A stretch of 63,385 nucleotides of DNA, filler included, from Lenisia limosa (GCA_001655205.1; 14 parts of 14 records of this genome joined end to end with filler, not necessarily neighbours in it); one strand, 5' to 3'. Positions 1-15,579 are shown, numbered from the whole stretch's first letter. The notes: generated by a model from the sequence alone, not told the origin. A program made the numbers and translations.

Positions 1-1
1 C

Positions 2-1325
2 CCCCAGCCCGTGAATTTGTTGGAACCATCAGCTCCCGGAAAGAAGGAACTGTCTGAGGAAGAAAAGGAGACTTTGGTCACGGACATGGCTAAAATGGTC
101 GAAAATGACGAGGAAGCCGAGCTGATCACTCGGAAGGAAGCTCTGAAGAAACGGGTAGAGGAGTCGACCGGCAGGAAGCACGGCAAGGGGAAGAAATACT
201 CGAAGAAGGCGGGTAAGAAGGAGGAAAAGAAAGAAGAAGAAAAGAAGGAGAAGGAAGAAGAAAAGGAGGAGGAAGAAAAGAAGGAGAAGGAAGAAAACAA
301 GGAGGAAGAAAAATACAAGAAGGAAGAGGTGGATAATGAAAAGGTAGAGGAAAAGACTGAAGAGAAGGAAGAGAAGGAAGGAGAAGAAGAAACGAACGAT
401 GAATTGGAAGAATCAAAGGAAGAAAACAGGCAGGAACAAGGAGGCAAGAAGAGACGCAAAAAGAACAAGAAGAAGACTATTGAAGCTGATGACCTGGATG
501 AACCCGGGACCAAGATGAAACAGTTCAACTCGCGGACAGACCATCTCATCAACAATATTGGTCATGGTGTTGTGGGCCCTTACGTTGTGGAGCTTTTCGA
601 TGCCAAGCGCAAGGGATGGGTCCAGGCCTTGACTGAGGAAGACAAGAAGCGCGCTGTTCTGGTGGAGCGTGAGCGCGAACTCGAGCGCATGGCTGAGGAC
701 GATAAGAGAATTGAGGCGGCTCGCAAGCAAGAGGAGAAGGAAATGGCCAAGTATATGCCGAAGAAGAAGGAAAAGAAGGAAGGAAGGAAGGAAGAGAAAG
801 AAAAGAAGGAAGAAAAGAAGGAAGCAGGAAAGGAAAATAAGGTAGAAGAGGAGCCTGAGAAAAAGGATGACGAGGAATTAAAGGTTGAAGATCTGAAGCT
901 GAAGAAAGACGGAGACAAGATTATTGAGAGCAACGGCTTCCAAGAATTTGTCCATGATGACCCAACTGACTTCTGCTACAAAATCCCCAAGGTTGGTGGG
1001 AGGGGGGGTGAATTCTATGAGAGTATAGGAATACGATCTACAAAACTCTTTGAATAGTTTTGTTTACAGAATTCTCGCTGAATTTCATCATTTTACATTT
1101 ATCCCGCATTAGGAAGTTGACAGCGCCGCCCTCATCCCCGGAGTCCACCGTTTGCAGCTAACCCGGCCCGTTCTCCTGTGGTACACCCGTCTTGGGGCAT
1201 CGTCACACTGGAACGCTCCAGGCCAAAAGGGGAACACTCGGGGCACTTTCGCCAACCCCAACTACAAGCCTCGCAAGCCCTGGAGCGGACGGACCTCTAA
1301 GGGAACCAGTCATGGCGGCCTTTAG
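2..1325 (+). CDS. Lys/Glu-rich coiled-coil protein, 5'-incomplete, function unknown
   Basis: Open frame from the window start to a donor at 992 (CCCAAG|GTTGGT). An in-frame acceptor at 1123 (TTGACAG|CGC) gives a last exon RRPHPRSPPF...KPRKPWSGRTSKGTSHGGL* ending at 1325. No family motif recognised. Confidence 0.7.
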
Positions 1326-2092
1326 ACTAATGGAAAATGGAAATTGAAGGATGTGTCGAAATGCTCAAATATTACCTTGATGTTGCAGGGGGGGGGGGGG
1401 NNNNNNNNNNNNNNNNNNNNNNNNNNNNNNNNNNNNNNNNNNNNNNNNNNNNNNNNNNNNNNNNNNNNNNNNNNNNNNNNNTGAAGTTAAATTTTCCATC
1501 ACTCTATTCTTGATATAGAAAACAATTGAATGGTTAATATGTGTGATAAAGAATAGACCATTGACCCAGTAGGCAGAATATAGCCCGAGTATTCTGAGAG
1601 TATCATGGAATTATATTCCCAGATCACCTCTGGATCTTTCCGCGATCTTTCTGTCGTACAGAAAACCGGTGTGGGACAGGAAGAATTATAGAATGATAAA
1701 TTGGTTACAAAAATTCCACAAATTGCCATGACGTCATATGTTTTTGACTGTCAACTAAACTCAAATACTATATATGTGTTATATTCATTAAAAGAAGAGA
1801 AAAGCGAAAAGCCGATAAACGCGAACCAGATTGCGACAACCTAACAAACATCCCAACAATTAGCTCCCTGGGGAGGCAGGGCAACTTGCCTTTTTGGGAA
1901 ACGTCCAACTAGGTTTCGGTTAGCATTTCGTATATCTTATCCACTTATGTTCCTCACTTAGCTGGCTTAAAATTTGATTCTGGGAAAGATTTTGTCAAGA
2001 TATAGCTGCTTTTGGGTGGATTTTCATGAGCCCAGGCAAAAACCGGTTAAAGGGAATTCCGTTTCCGGTAGATGGAGGAAAGCAAGGCTACC

Positions 2093-5000
2093 ATGGGCGT
2101 ACTGATCTCTTTGTGCATTCTACTATTCTGTTTGATGGGAAAATAGGAAGTGTGTATTAAATTTCAATGAGAAATGCAACAACTTTTCTGATTATTGCTG
2201 AAGCGGTTGGATACAGTAAATGTCCCTATACATATCATCACACACGCGCGCAACAATAATAGTACTCCCATTTGACAAAATAGGTGCGTATGCCCATGCA
2301 GCAGGAAGGTCAGAGTCATCGTTCTTCATTTCTGATGCCTCAAAACAGGCGGATCTTCCAATTTATGGCCTTCCTGACAATGAAAAGATCATGTACGTTA
2401 GGCAGGAGCTTAATAAAATATAGAGAACATCAAATAGAATATAGTTTATTTAATTGAGCTTGTTTGTGATTATTTAAATAAGGTAACACTCTAAGAACAA
2501 AGTGTATTGTATAATATCAAGAATCACACTACATCTAACATTTTAGAGCTGTTGTTGGGGGTTCTTTTGTAACCGGTATGTTGGAAATGTGACATTCACT
2601 CCATGTTTTTAATTAAGGCAATGTGACACTTTAGACCATGGACGGGTTTACTCCACAAATCTCCTGAGTGATTGGCAAACAAACACTACTACAAGAACCG
2701 AGTGGTTTCAGCCGCTCAATGACTATTTCGGAAGGTATATTTGGGTTGTCTTCAGGGAACATAGGGCCAGACTAATGTTGTGTAGTGGTCTGTACATTGC
2801 GGGAGGATGCCACTATCAATCCGAGTTTACTGAGTACTATGTTTACTTTGAAGGTATGATTTCCAATCCATCAATTTTTGCTGATTGATAAGTGTTCATC
2901 TTTTCAATTGGATTGTGATAGTAAAAAGCTCTCCACTCGGCTTGTATAAAACATTATTTTTGCAGTTCATGATGGAATAAAATTCTACATTGTGAAACTG
3001 GGAGATGAAAAAGAAAGTGCCAAATTCAGATACGTGAGTTGAGGCTTTGTTGTTATGCCTGTAATGTGTATTGTATTACGATTTATAAATCTTAGAATTA
3101 TGACCTGCCATATTCGTTCAGAAATTGTGATGCACATTTGCTCCACGAAGGAGTATTGCTTTTTACAGTTGGTATGTTCTGGTTTATAAAGACTATGAGG
3201 GTTAAATTTCGATACAATAGTGATATTTACGGTGAAGATAAGGGTTTTTTATTGTAATAATAGTTTAACTGTTTAGGGCACATTATATTATCTCTTATTT
3301 TGCTCTTGCACTCACCATTTAGATGGGATGATGGTCCACTTGAAAGAGCTGTTTATCAATTACTTCGATATGGATCAGGTGCCCTATCATAATAGGCATC
3401 TTCAAAATGTTGATGAGGCTGTTTTAATGACAGATTCAGTTGCTGTATTGAGATGTAAGTTGTAATGCTACATATTCAAAACACTCATTGTTTGGACTCT
3501 GCTATTCATAGTGCACAAAGTTAACTTCAGAAATAGTTAAATTTGTATATTGTGCAATAATTCTCGTCACTGACCACTGTAGATGAAAACGACATATACA
3601 AAGTGGCCTATTCTGGGATTACTACGGATATCTCCGTCCCATTCTCAAACCACCAGATGTATCTTTCCTATAACAGCCTGATCAGCATAGGTAAGTTGGA
3701 AATTTGAATACAATGAGGGTGAAATAGATTGAGTGTTTACCCTAAGACAAAGCAACTATACAATGTTATTTGGTTGTTTCAAGATACTGTTATTTTTGTT
3801 AATTCATAAACTAAGCCTGACCTAATATTGTAGAAAGGGAAAAATTGAGTGTCCATTTCCAAACAGGAGTATCCGTCACAGAATCTTCTGACATGTAGGA
3901 CTGGGATTTGGCGAGATCCCATTTGCTTTTTGGGATTAACACAAAATGACAATAATTGGTGGATGAATTTGTTTTTATTTTTCGAAATATGAAATATTAA
4001 CATGCAGATGAAGTATTATGCACAATAAAAAAATTATCAATTCTAGGACCAACCGTTATGGAGACAACCTTGACGACTATGTTCCCTTTTTAACAAGAGA
4101 AGAGCTTTCCTTTCACAATGAAAAGAGTTTGAAGATTATGAAATTCTCATGTATTTAGTTGATGTCTGTTTCAGAGCTCCGAACAACAATATTGACTTTT
4201 CAAACTCATATTTCGGCTCCTGTCATGAAGGATTAATTTTCACAAGGGGAGGTAAAGTTATTATCATATTAACTAAAACCGAGTAGAGAACTACTTTTCA
4301 GAGAATCCATTCCTTGAAGAGTTGGATTACTATGGCCCCGTGCACAGCAGCATGATGTCTACAGTGCAGTCACAGCAGCGTATGGAGGGGATACTCAGTT
4401 TTGTCTGCACTACTGCAATAGTATTTTTTATTACCAATCACATATTTTGATATTCTATTGGTGATCTAATTTTATATTATAATAATATTTTTTCTATCTC
4501 TATTTAAGAGGCCACGTTTCTTCATCATTTAGTTGAATGGCAATTTACTTGGAAGGGCTTGGAGTGGACAATAGATGGTTTGTTGACTGTGACAAATCTT
4601 GTTTGGTGCTTTTTGTTCTACAATAATCTGTAATATAATATATAATATATCGATATATATTTTTGATGCTCAATTAGAATACAAAGGGCACCAACTCAAA
4701 TCTACCCAAGTGTTTCCGTTTGACAATTTACCAGAGGAATTTAAGCAAAGGTAAGCGACAATACTTCTATGCACTGATTGTGTGCTAATGGTTTTTGCCA
4801 ATATATCATCCACACTTTTCGTTTATTCGACAAATATTCCCCCATCAGATGCAAAATATTATATGAAATATTATATAAAATATCTTTAAAAATTAGAGGC
4901 TGGAAGGTCGTTCACCTATCTTCTTCAAATAACCTCACCTTTTAGCTTTGTTGGTTGTTACACTCAGCAAGGTCCTCTCAATCTTATTCATTGTCTTTCG

Positions 5001-8000
5001 GGTTTGAATTGTGTTTGGAATTAACAATATTGTAGATGATGGGAGGATTTTGGTTGTTCCAAACTCAGATTGGAACCCAACCTTTGTCTGCAATTGTCTG
5101 AATGAAACACTCAAGGATCTATTGCCACTATACCAAATGGTCAGATTAAATTGAAGTTCTCCGGAAATACATGTTAATTAATGTAACAATTAGCGTATTC
5201 ACACACAAACATTTTTAATCAACGTACTTTAGCTTTATATAACCATGGGAATGTTATGAAATTAGCATATTTACTCTAATTAGCCCTTCTGGTTGGACGA
5301 CTATGTAACGGAGTTCAAAGATGTTTATTTTGATGGTATCTACTGTCAAGACCATTTTTCAGGCAAATCATGCCACTTTTTCATTGGTAAGAAATTATTA
5401 TTGCAAGGTTTTCTATTGTGTTATTCTTTGTTTAATACATGATGAATTAGTGTCTTCCTTTTTCATCTTTAGAAAACTGGTCTGATTCTTGGGTTTGCAA
5501 TCCTTCATTCCACAATTTCACCAATATGGTAAGTTACGTTAACTAAATAACCATTATTATTCATACAAATGATGAAATCACAATTAATATTATCATATCT
5601 GATAATATAACATGAGGCTTGTTCGTACGTAGCAATCTTGTTTCTGATAGTAACCACCCTCATTGATCAGCATGGTCCCGTTAAAACAAGCGACATGCTC
5701 CATTTATCGGCAAGTGAACGCAATGTTGTGTTTGTTAACAATGACAAGCTTTCATTTTACGAAGGTATTCATGAAATTTGGAGTAATATGAATCTATGCG
5801 CAAGTATTATGATACAAAAACCAGTAATTAATGCTCATAATTTAGCAATGTCAACTAAAAGTTTAGACGAATCGAAAACCGTTCAAATACACTCATTTCA
5901 AGGAATAAAAGTGAGCTGAGTTATTAACTATTAGTATTTATGATTAAATATGGAATTAGTGTATATTTTTACACAAATAGAATGTTTTATGGAGAAAACA
6001 CTTTAAATTCACATTTTAAGGTTGTTTTGACAGATTCACATGTCCTTTCTGCTGATCAACATCTCAACTTCTGTATAGGTAAGCACATTATATCAACTCA
6101 ACATGTCAAGGTTTTCTGGAGCAGCGGTTTTGTGTAACCCTCACTTTTTAGAAAGCAATAATGGAACGCATTCTCTTACTGACAACTGCATCATTATGAA
6201 AATTAATACAGTTTGTTATAGTAACTATATTACCATACAGTCTGGTGATAAACTGAACTGCACAAGCTATGCAGATATGAATGACGATTCCTGCTTCAGA
6301 GATACATTCCAGGTTTGCTATTGGCGAGGATTCTAATATGAGTTGAATAATATACAAAATAAAAACTTTACAAGATTGATTCTTAACTTGTTCTTATGAC
6401 TTAGATTGGAGGGCGTGTTCAGATATCATTACGTCAGGAGTGGTGTCGAAAACCGACATCCATCAAAATTGGATCATGGCAGTCCAGACTTGTTTATATA
6501 GCAGACAAGGATGTCTACCTATCTCTTCCAATTCCTGAACATCTCCCAGGAAGCCAAGTTTGCAATCAGATTCTTTACGATTCAGAATTTCACTGTTCTC
6601 TCATGTGACCACACAATGCACTCACAGCCAATTTTTGTAATGGAAATGGCACAGTTGTTCACTGTTGCCCCCATAATCAATGGCAATTACCTTAAGGTAG
6701 GGAAAATATTGAATGTTGATCTTCAGATAAGCGCAACTTCTATTCCAGAAGGGGCGAAAGTGGTTCAATGCATGTTCTATTGGACGGTAGTACTTGATGG
6801 ATAATATATAACTCGTTTAGGTCACTTCTGGAGAAACATTTGGATTTGTATCTTCAACTGAAATCCCAAAATCAAATGTGTTGAAAATTCCCTTCGATTT
6901 TGATGAAACTCTCACAAATCTCACATATCCTGAATTTGGAAGTAATGTGAATGTGGCTGTCAATTTCGGAGGCTCTATGAATCCAATTCAGAAATCTGTC
7001 ATCAAGGTAGATAATACCAGCATTTATCTCCCAGTATGAAAGAATTACCAAAGTTGTTGGACTGTATCCTTCCTCCATTATTGTGAGCAACGATGTCGGC
7101 GAGCTGGTCGACTTCTCCATATACGGTTCCGGATTCCAGCCAGAAGCCCCACCAGCAGTACAGATTAACGGCACAACCTGTTTGTTTCAATATACTAGTG
7201 ACAGTTTCTTATTATTCTGTTGAACTAACATGTATTCAATATCGTTAAAACTATTGTCATGATATCAAGTGTTGATTGAGATTATTGTCCTTTTCAAACA
7301 TTTTATAATCTATTTAGTTATCTGCGAAGATGTTCGAATACTGTCTGCAACATGTTTTATCAAGATTTTACCGCTGGGCGATTACCCTGTCACTGTGGGA
7401 ATGCAGTCAACTAACTGTAATGTAAACACTTCAATACCATTGTAGTATATTTTTGAGCTTGATTATTTGATCTTGATAGTGCTCAAGATTTAATACTAAT
7501 TTTAGGTACTTGTCAACAATGAAGTAATTAGCGGATTTACCATTCAGTTCAAAAGGAACATTTCATTAAAGGTGTGATTTGGAGGTTTTATATCATATGC
7601 ATATAGTAGTAGTAATTATATATATATATATATAATATTAAACGATAATAATTCTACTTTTTAACCAGCGTATAAGTAATAATTTGCTTTTAAAAAATGA
7701 TTCTTCAGATTATCGCAGGGTCATTCAATGAGCTAGGGGCAGGAGTGTTACCCACAGTTAACATTACGGTTGGTGGGAACGTTTATTTGATTATTTTCAG
7801 TTCTACATTTATCTATCATTAAAATCAGGATCTGGTCTTTGTTTATTTTGGTCTTATTTATCCTAGAGAGTTGCTTCAGATAGTAACAAAAAAATCAATG
7901 AGCCATTTGTTGTGTTTGTTTTCGTCACACCTGAACCCATGGAGTTTGATGGTTGGTATTGGGTTTCCATATACAATATGATGTTCAACAATTCAACTTT

Positions 8001-11000
8001 GTCATTTTCACTGGAGAAACTATGTTTTAAATTTTAATGAATAGGATCAAGTGCCATTAGCGACTCTGATGGAGTTGTCAGCTTTACAGAACTCAGGGTA
8101 TGACCGAAACGTAGTTATAGGCTTGTACAAATATGTTACTGAATTAAATTCCACAAAGATGTTAACGTTTCACAGATAGTCCCAAATATGGGGGTCCTGA
8201 CTACAGTGGAGTTTGTAGCTGATGACAGTCACTCTATCATAATGGTATGCAATAATTTAACAGACTGTAGAGTTGGTTCTAAGGATACTTATTTATTAAT
8301 ATATAAAAGTATTTTCCAGAGTTTATGATATATCTATCTTCAATAAGGAACATAACTTACAAATTCCTAGGAAGAGCTTCCCTCGGTTGTCACCTGCAAT
8401 GAATACAAAACCAACAGCATTCCTGGGTCGGAAGGCCTGTGCATTTGTCCTTCTGGCTCTGTTGAAACTGAAACGGACTGTAGCCTATGCCCCAAAGGAA
8501 AATACTTAAGTTTGCTGAAAGATTATGTCTCTGTGTTATTTAAACCTATTATTGTGGCTTTTTTATACTTCATTGTAGAAATACAATTCTTGGTATTTGC
8601 CTTTAATAATCACCTTTTCATTTTATTAGACCAAAAGGGAACATACTGCATCGAATGTGAGGGCCTGAAAACGACAAATGGCTCCGGGGGCGTTTCACAG
8701 CTTGACTGCCAATGCCCAATGAATCTCATTGAAGGTCTGCACTTACACGAACAGATTTAATGCTTGCTTTTTAGAATATATTTTACTTGTTTTCAGTGGA
8801 AAATGAGTGCATTTGCCCCGATCAGATGTATTTGACCAGTAACGAGACGGACATCTTCTGTGACATCTGTCGGCCTGGAAGCTACCTTCCAAAGGTTTGA
8901 CACATATAATCAAAAGGTATAATATTTTATAATGATTATTTCAGGGAGGCAGCTTTTGTGTTTGCGAAGCAGGGCGAGGGTGGAACGATTTGGAAGTACG
9001 TTGGGAAAAGTCAAACTAGTTAATCAGAATATTGACAATAAAATTTTACATTGGTTGCATTTTACAACATTTCATATATACTGGGTTCAGTATAATAGTG
9101 GATCAACAGTAAAATTCACCTAGGAAATATGTACTCCATGTATTGAAGGCTACTCTGAAGGAGGTTCAAGAGATTTATGCACGTTTTGTCCCATTGGGCT
9201 GGAGTCTAATCAGGTAGGTTTTGGAACCATAACTCTCCCATTGAATTCTGGGTTTAAATCATGTTTGAGAATTGAAGCGCTATATTTTCATACTCCAACA
9301 ATGCTCTTCTCTTTGATTACAACTTAGACTGGGTCAGCTTCCATCCATGACTGCCAATGCTCAGCAAACGGTTTCACTAAGTTCAACAATTCCGGGACGT
9401 TGGATTGTCAATGTCTCCCTCCAAACCTCATCATTGAATACGAAAACGGTTTGCTTGAAAGTGATCCAAACTTGCTTTGATTGACATTTCCCATCAAGTC
9501 ACATGCTATTTATGAGCATGTCCAATTGATTCTGATTCAGTGATATTAAATTTTGAAGCAGTGTGTATTATTTCTGTTTGTCTTCAATCACAAATTCAGA
9601 GTTAATTTGCACCCAATGTGACGAAACTGCCATTACTGCCGTAAGTAAAAAAATCTGTGTTGTTATTTCTATACATATTCCGCTTTATTACCAGTTCCTC
9701 AGTGAATCGTTACAAGAAATTGTTTTCATCATAACCAAACATCAACAGGCTACAAACAACTCCCATTACGAGTGCAAGTGCCAGGCTGGCTACCGACAAC
9801 TTGACTACAGGTCTTGCACACTATGTGGAGAACACACATATAAGCCTACCATTGGAAACACTGTCGGTTTTGAAGGATATCAAAAACATTCCTCTTATTG
9901 AGCCTGATGTTTCTCAAGTTTTAGGGATGTATAGCGTGTCCACCCTACAGTACTTCGGATATCACGCACACATCTTGCGAGTGTTTTACTTCTTTTGTGG
10001 TATGTTAGATGGGTTGAGATAGCTAGCTTGACACACACCAAATCTATGATCAACTTCTTTTGATATCTTTTTTTCAATCTCAAATCACAAATTACAACTA
10101 GAATTTCCTCTTCGCTTTTATTGTTGCATGTTTTTAAGATATTAAGTATAATATTAGGGGTATACTAACGCTCTTTGTGTATTCTCACAAAGGTGTTATT
10201 TAATAAATTCGCGAATTTACATTGTTAGGCTTGATAAAATAACAAACGGTTTCATATGACTGCATGTTAACAGAATTAGAAAACCACGACAAGCTTAAAT
10301 GAAACTCTATGTGAATGCCCAGCAGGGTCGGAGTTTACCCTTTTTGGTGCGCCCTGGTGATGTGATGCATTGAACATATTATGACCAAGTTGATATAAAA
10401 TAGTTAAAATCTGTACCTTTCAGGAGCGAATGTTGGTTCCTATATATCTACACATTAGTGCTTCCTCTTGGTTATTTTTTGTCTTAATAACCAATAAAGA
10501 TGGGCATGAAGTCTGCACACTGTGTAGCATGTCCTATTTCAGCTCCACGAAAGGCTCTACATGTTCCAAGTGTCCTGTGTCAATGACAACAAGAGGTCTT
10601 GGCTCAAAGTCAAGTGACGACTGTGAATGTCGCCCGGGGTATTACCTTCAGCAGTTGAATGATGACAAGTGTATACCGTGCCCCCACGGTGGGCTTTCGG
10701 GAGTAAAATTAATCGTGGACTTGAAATCTTTTGTTGAAATACATGTATTACCTGCCTTATAAGAGATTAACCTTTTCATATATGTATATGATATGTGCAG
10801 TGTTTTATGTGATTGTTCCGAAATATTCAAGTTTAGTTATTGTAAAATCACTTCCCCAGGCGGAACATGTACAGGTGGCTCCTCAAGCCCAGTAGCCCAA
10901 TCAGGATTCTACAAGGTTGAAGGCTTATTTGAAGCGTGTCCTAGTGACGCAATTGGGTGTATCGGTCGCAACCAGTGTTCTGAGGGCTACACCGGCAGCT

Positions 11001-14000
11001 TGTGTAGCGAATGCGAAAATGGCTATTACAAGTATGTTCCATTTAATATATTCGCTCTACTATCAATATCTGTAGAAAATGCGTTTGTACCCTTTGCGTC
11101 TCATATACATACTATATGTACGTGGCTTTGTGACATAGTTACGGTGATTTATGGCAAGTGTAAACTGTTTCACCAATAGCACTACAACTCTAAAGCACTG
11201 CACTAACAACATTAGATCCGGAACAAGCTGTATCATTTGCAACAACTGGTCTCAGTATATTCTCCCAGCAGTGGTGTTTTTCATGATTTGCTTTGTAGTA
11301 ATTGTCTACATCTTAGGCTGGAAGGTAGGAAAATAGTATTCTTGGGTGAAAAGATATAGTATATATAGCTATATGTATGATATATATATGATATGTGTGT
11401 ATTAGGGTACTGGGTGAACAGAAGATTACAAAACTGAATATTATAATATCATATTATGTATAATGTTATACAATATCATATTATATTATATATCGATATA
11501 TCATACTATTTATAGGATATACTTGATGTATAATATCGTGTAATTTGGTAAAACTTAATATCCCATACAGTAATATAATATTGTATGTATTATAATACAT
11601 AGCGTACTAGTTGACTATACAGAAATTAGCATTTGGTGAAGTAATAACATGGTAATTATGAATAAGAATAGATACTAAAGCGTTGAAATTTAAGCAAAAG
11701 TACTCATTATAATGTTTAGCATGCATAGTCATTATTTACTTTGCAGTCATTGGGTCACAGCTCTCGATTTGCCGCCTTCAGAATTTTGATCGCATTTCTA
11801 CAAGTTGGTTACATTTTGAAATTAAACACTCCATGATGATATAACTAACTCAGTTTATAAAACCGACTCACAATCCAGGTTCTTGCGCTGAGTGGAGAGT
11901 ATGAACTGAACTGGCCTCCTGAAATTGTTAAGGTAAATTGTGATGAATACCTTGGAGTCATTGAAATGACCCTACTTATTTGATTTTTTCTCATTTGTTT
12001 TGACCAGGATTGAATTTATGATTTACTTGGTTTAACAGGCTTTAGTTCCTCAATGTAATTTCGGCTATCAATCTGAAAATAGAGGTCAGAAGGAAAATTC
12101 AAGTTATAATTTATAGATAATTGAGGTGCTGTATACAATATGAAGTTGGGTAAAAGTGCAAATAAATATCCTTGAACCATTATTGGTACCAATACAACCA
12201 TCTCATCTTCTAGATCACGCAGCCAGAATGCGGAGTTGATGTGACGTTAAATTTCTTCTGGGTTGGTTTTTTGAGGATGCTTGGATCCAAGCTTCCCTTT
12301 GAAAGAAACAACACCCAATAATGGAATGACTTTCTAGTTGTACGTAATTAAGCTTATGCTCCTTCCGGTTCTCCTCTTCATAGCAGTGGTAACGTCATAC
12401 TTCAGCCGATGTGTCACAAAAAACAGAAAACAGAGCAAGTAAGAATCTGTAGATATGATAAACAATCTGATATGCTCACCATCTGACACCTATTACATAA
12501 TTTTGATCAGAAACCTCAATTTACTACATAGTTACATTTCAAAGTAAAGCTCTGAGGATATCATAATCTATTCATACTGCAGATACCTGCCCAGGTGTTT
12601 AACTTTCAGAATTACTCTCATCCGAACACTACTTGTGTTACCTCTTTTGCTATACTTGCCAGTATCACTGGTAAGTGTCAATAAGAGTTCTGATAGTCAA
12701 TAAAGAGTTCTGATAGTCAATAAAAGTGTGCAAAAACACGTCTTTCTCTTTTACAGTGTAACAATAAACTGAATAGTTTTAAAAATGTACCATGTTCTCT
12801 AACTGCTAGAACCTGTTGGAGTACCACGATTGTATTGAGTCAAATGACCGTTTTGTGTTGCGCTCAGGTGAGTGGAATTGACGCCGAAGCAGATGGAAGA
12901 AATTGGTTGATGATGACAATATTTCTATATTTCAGTAAATCTTATTTATTCATGATGTAATATACTATTCGATATTAATCCAGTAGCCCAATCAATTGAG
13001 TGCTACACTGGTGAGCATCAACGCTTCTTCATACCGGCTCTGGCTATTACGGGTTTGTGTTTTTGGGATAAATAGACTCCTGAATTTTGTTACATATTAC
13101 ATTAAACCTGACCAATTGCAAAAGACTATGAATTTGAGTTATTAATATACTCACTCACAATTTTAGTATTCGTAGTATTGGGTATCTTCATGACTATGGG
13201 ACTTGTTCTTTGGCGAATCAGAGAGGAACATACTCGTCAGTTCCCCCATTCAATACAGAGGTTTGTAGAGAAATGATGTAAACGATTACTGTCATACTCT
13301 CATACTCTCGAACCCAACCAAATCAACAGACTTCTATCAACAGTTTTTTGTTGATTGCAACATATATATTAAACTTCATTGTCTTGCAAAACGCTTTAGT
13401 ACTCAAGAAACACTCATACGCAGTCAATTCTCTGTTACTGATGATCTAGATATGGTTTCTTGTACTCTCGATTTGTCGAAGAGTCGTTCTACTGGGAAGT
13501 TGTCATAATGAGTCGCTCTCTTGTCTTGGTGCTCCTATTACGACTTGTTAATAACCCTGTAACACAGGTTAGCTGCCATGGAAATTCAAGTAGACTGATT
13601 TCATAATTTTGGTGTTAAGAATACCAGGTGCATTGATTTGGAATTTCTATGTAGCTTTTAGAAATCCCATAGATATCTTCATATTTACATACATTGCATG
13701 AGATTCCCATGATTGAGGCCCAGGTCGATGCACCATATCGAAACACCCTGAAATTATAATCCATGGATTAATAATTGATTGAATCTACCAGATTAATTAT
13801 TTATACATCATAACAAGTTACATTCAAACGCATTCAGGTATTAACCTTTATGTTTTACTGACCAACATAGGCCCAAATAATGTGCGGAGCTTTAATAGTA
13901 ATGGTGTCAGCGCAAGCCATTGTAAAGCCATTTGTCGATCACCAGTTGAACATTGGGGAAATGATTGGTCTGTGTGTCAATGCCGCTTTCATGATGATTG

Positions 14001-15579
14001 GTATGGTGGTTCATGTTAGTGGACATAAGATCTTAGTTTCTACTCACAAAATTCGAACTACTTTATCTTTGTTGTAACAACGACACATTTTACATGTCCA
14101 GTATATAAAACCCCTTCTACAGTAGTCATCTTTATGTAATTGAAACCTCAATAAATTACCTCTGACATTTCAGGCCTAGTGTTCCATTCCGATCAATTGA
14201 GAGCTGCAAGCAGGTTGGATGATCTTGATTTCCCGTTTTTTCAAAAGCAGTATCATATGTTTGTCCTAGAGATTGGGGCTTAGTAGAGGAGTGGTTTGTG
14301 CTGACAGTTGGTTGCAATATTTGTTTCATAATGCAAATAAATCGCACTGACATGTTACAGAACAACAGTAACTATTATGGCTTTGACGTCGATCTGCATG
14401 GCCTTGATACTCATGGTGTATCTTGTTGGAATGGAAACAAGCAAATTGGTGAAAGAGGTATGGTGTGCTGATAAATTGTATTAACGACAGTTCTGTTTTT
14501 ATCAGACTCTCGAAGAGATTTTGACGACTTACATCCATTTTAGGAAAACATTGGTGATACATATGCCATCAAGGATATGGCTGTAGTCGAAATGGGGCCA
14601 TTAGATACAGGGTGTCGTCATAATCTGCACCACATTCAAGTTCCACAAAGACAACCTCAATTTGGCCGCTCACCAAGTTGGAGATGCTTTTCATTTCATT
14701 TCATTTCAAAGTAATATGATATATTGTATCATAAATATGATGACATGTGATATGAGATAATGATATTCTAATATTTTCTGTTGATCTGCTTTTATATATT
14801 CCTGAAACACACGGTTGGATCATACTTGAATAGTTTTGATCCTTGAACTTGATATAAATTAACAATGGTCTCTCTTGATTATCTAGCGTTGGACCCTTCA
14901 GCTGCTTTGAGTACAGGTAGGTCCTTGTGACGGTTACGTTTCATGAAATACCAAAAAGTAGTTTTTGGTAATCTATCGACTTGGGATTCCCATGTATTAT
15001 TTGGAAATCACATAAAAATCGTTAAATTGCTTTAAATTAGTTACCTTTTCAGAAAATAAAAAGGATGATTTCACGATGACCTTAAACATGACCGGTATGA
15101 GGAGAGATTGACAGTTGCTTTGTATGTAAAATACACTTTGACAGTCCAAATATTCAATTGTAATAATCATTCAAAATTATGTGTATGACCATTGTAGAAC
15201 TCCCAAAAACGCCTCTTCTTTGTAAGCCAGTTTTAGGTCAATATGCCAACTGAAAGTGTCGATTGTACTGATACTGAATACTAGCTTGTATAGTATAGTA
15301 TATCAATTAATACAAAGGCTATTATGAAAATTCAGCATAACCTGTTTATGAATATGTTTCAAGTTGCGTGCCCTTACCATTTAGCTCCACTTGGTCTTGG
15401 TGGTATTTCAACTCCGTAAGATGGGGCAAGTACTCTGAAACAAACATCATATCTGTGCAATTTTCTACATTGTGGCCACAGAACCCGTTGCAAAAAGCGT
15501 TTATTTGCACTTAATACTCATATTCCTATTTCCTCATACAATAGACATCGCAGACGTAAGGATTTTTGAAGCAGCATAG
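2093..15579 (+). CDS. Very large secreted-ectodomain, Cys-rich (GCC2/GCC3, ephrin-receptor-like repeats) multi-pass membrane protein
   Basis: Dozens of short exons with GT-AG introns mostly 60-100 nt. Signal-peptide-like start MGVLISLCILLF at 2093. EGF-like YCQDHFSGKSC (~5340). Repeats such as CIECEGLKTTNGSGGVSQLDCQC (~8647) and CSKCPVSMTTRGLGSKSSDDCECRPGYY (~10560). Juxtamembrane CSEGYTGSLCSECENGYY (~10975). TM-region motifs RILIAFLQ..ELNWPP (11790-11920), YGFLYSRFVEESFYWE (~13451), KPFVDHQLNIGEMIGL (~13925). Phase-consistent tail exons end ...HIADVRIFEAA* at 15579. Not all internal exon boundaries were resolved. Confidence 0.85.

Noticed and set aside
126-933. Minus-strand ORFs 126-416, 413-730 and 580-933
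   Set aside because: Antisense shadows of the purine-rich Lys/Glu exon.
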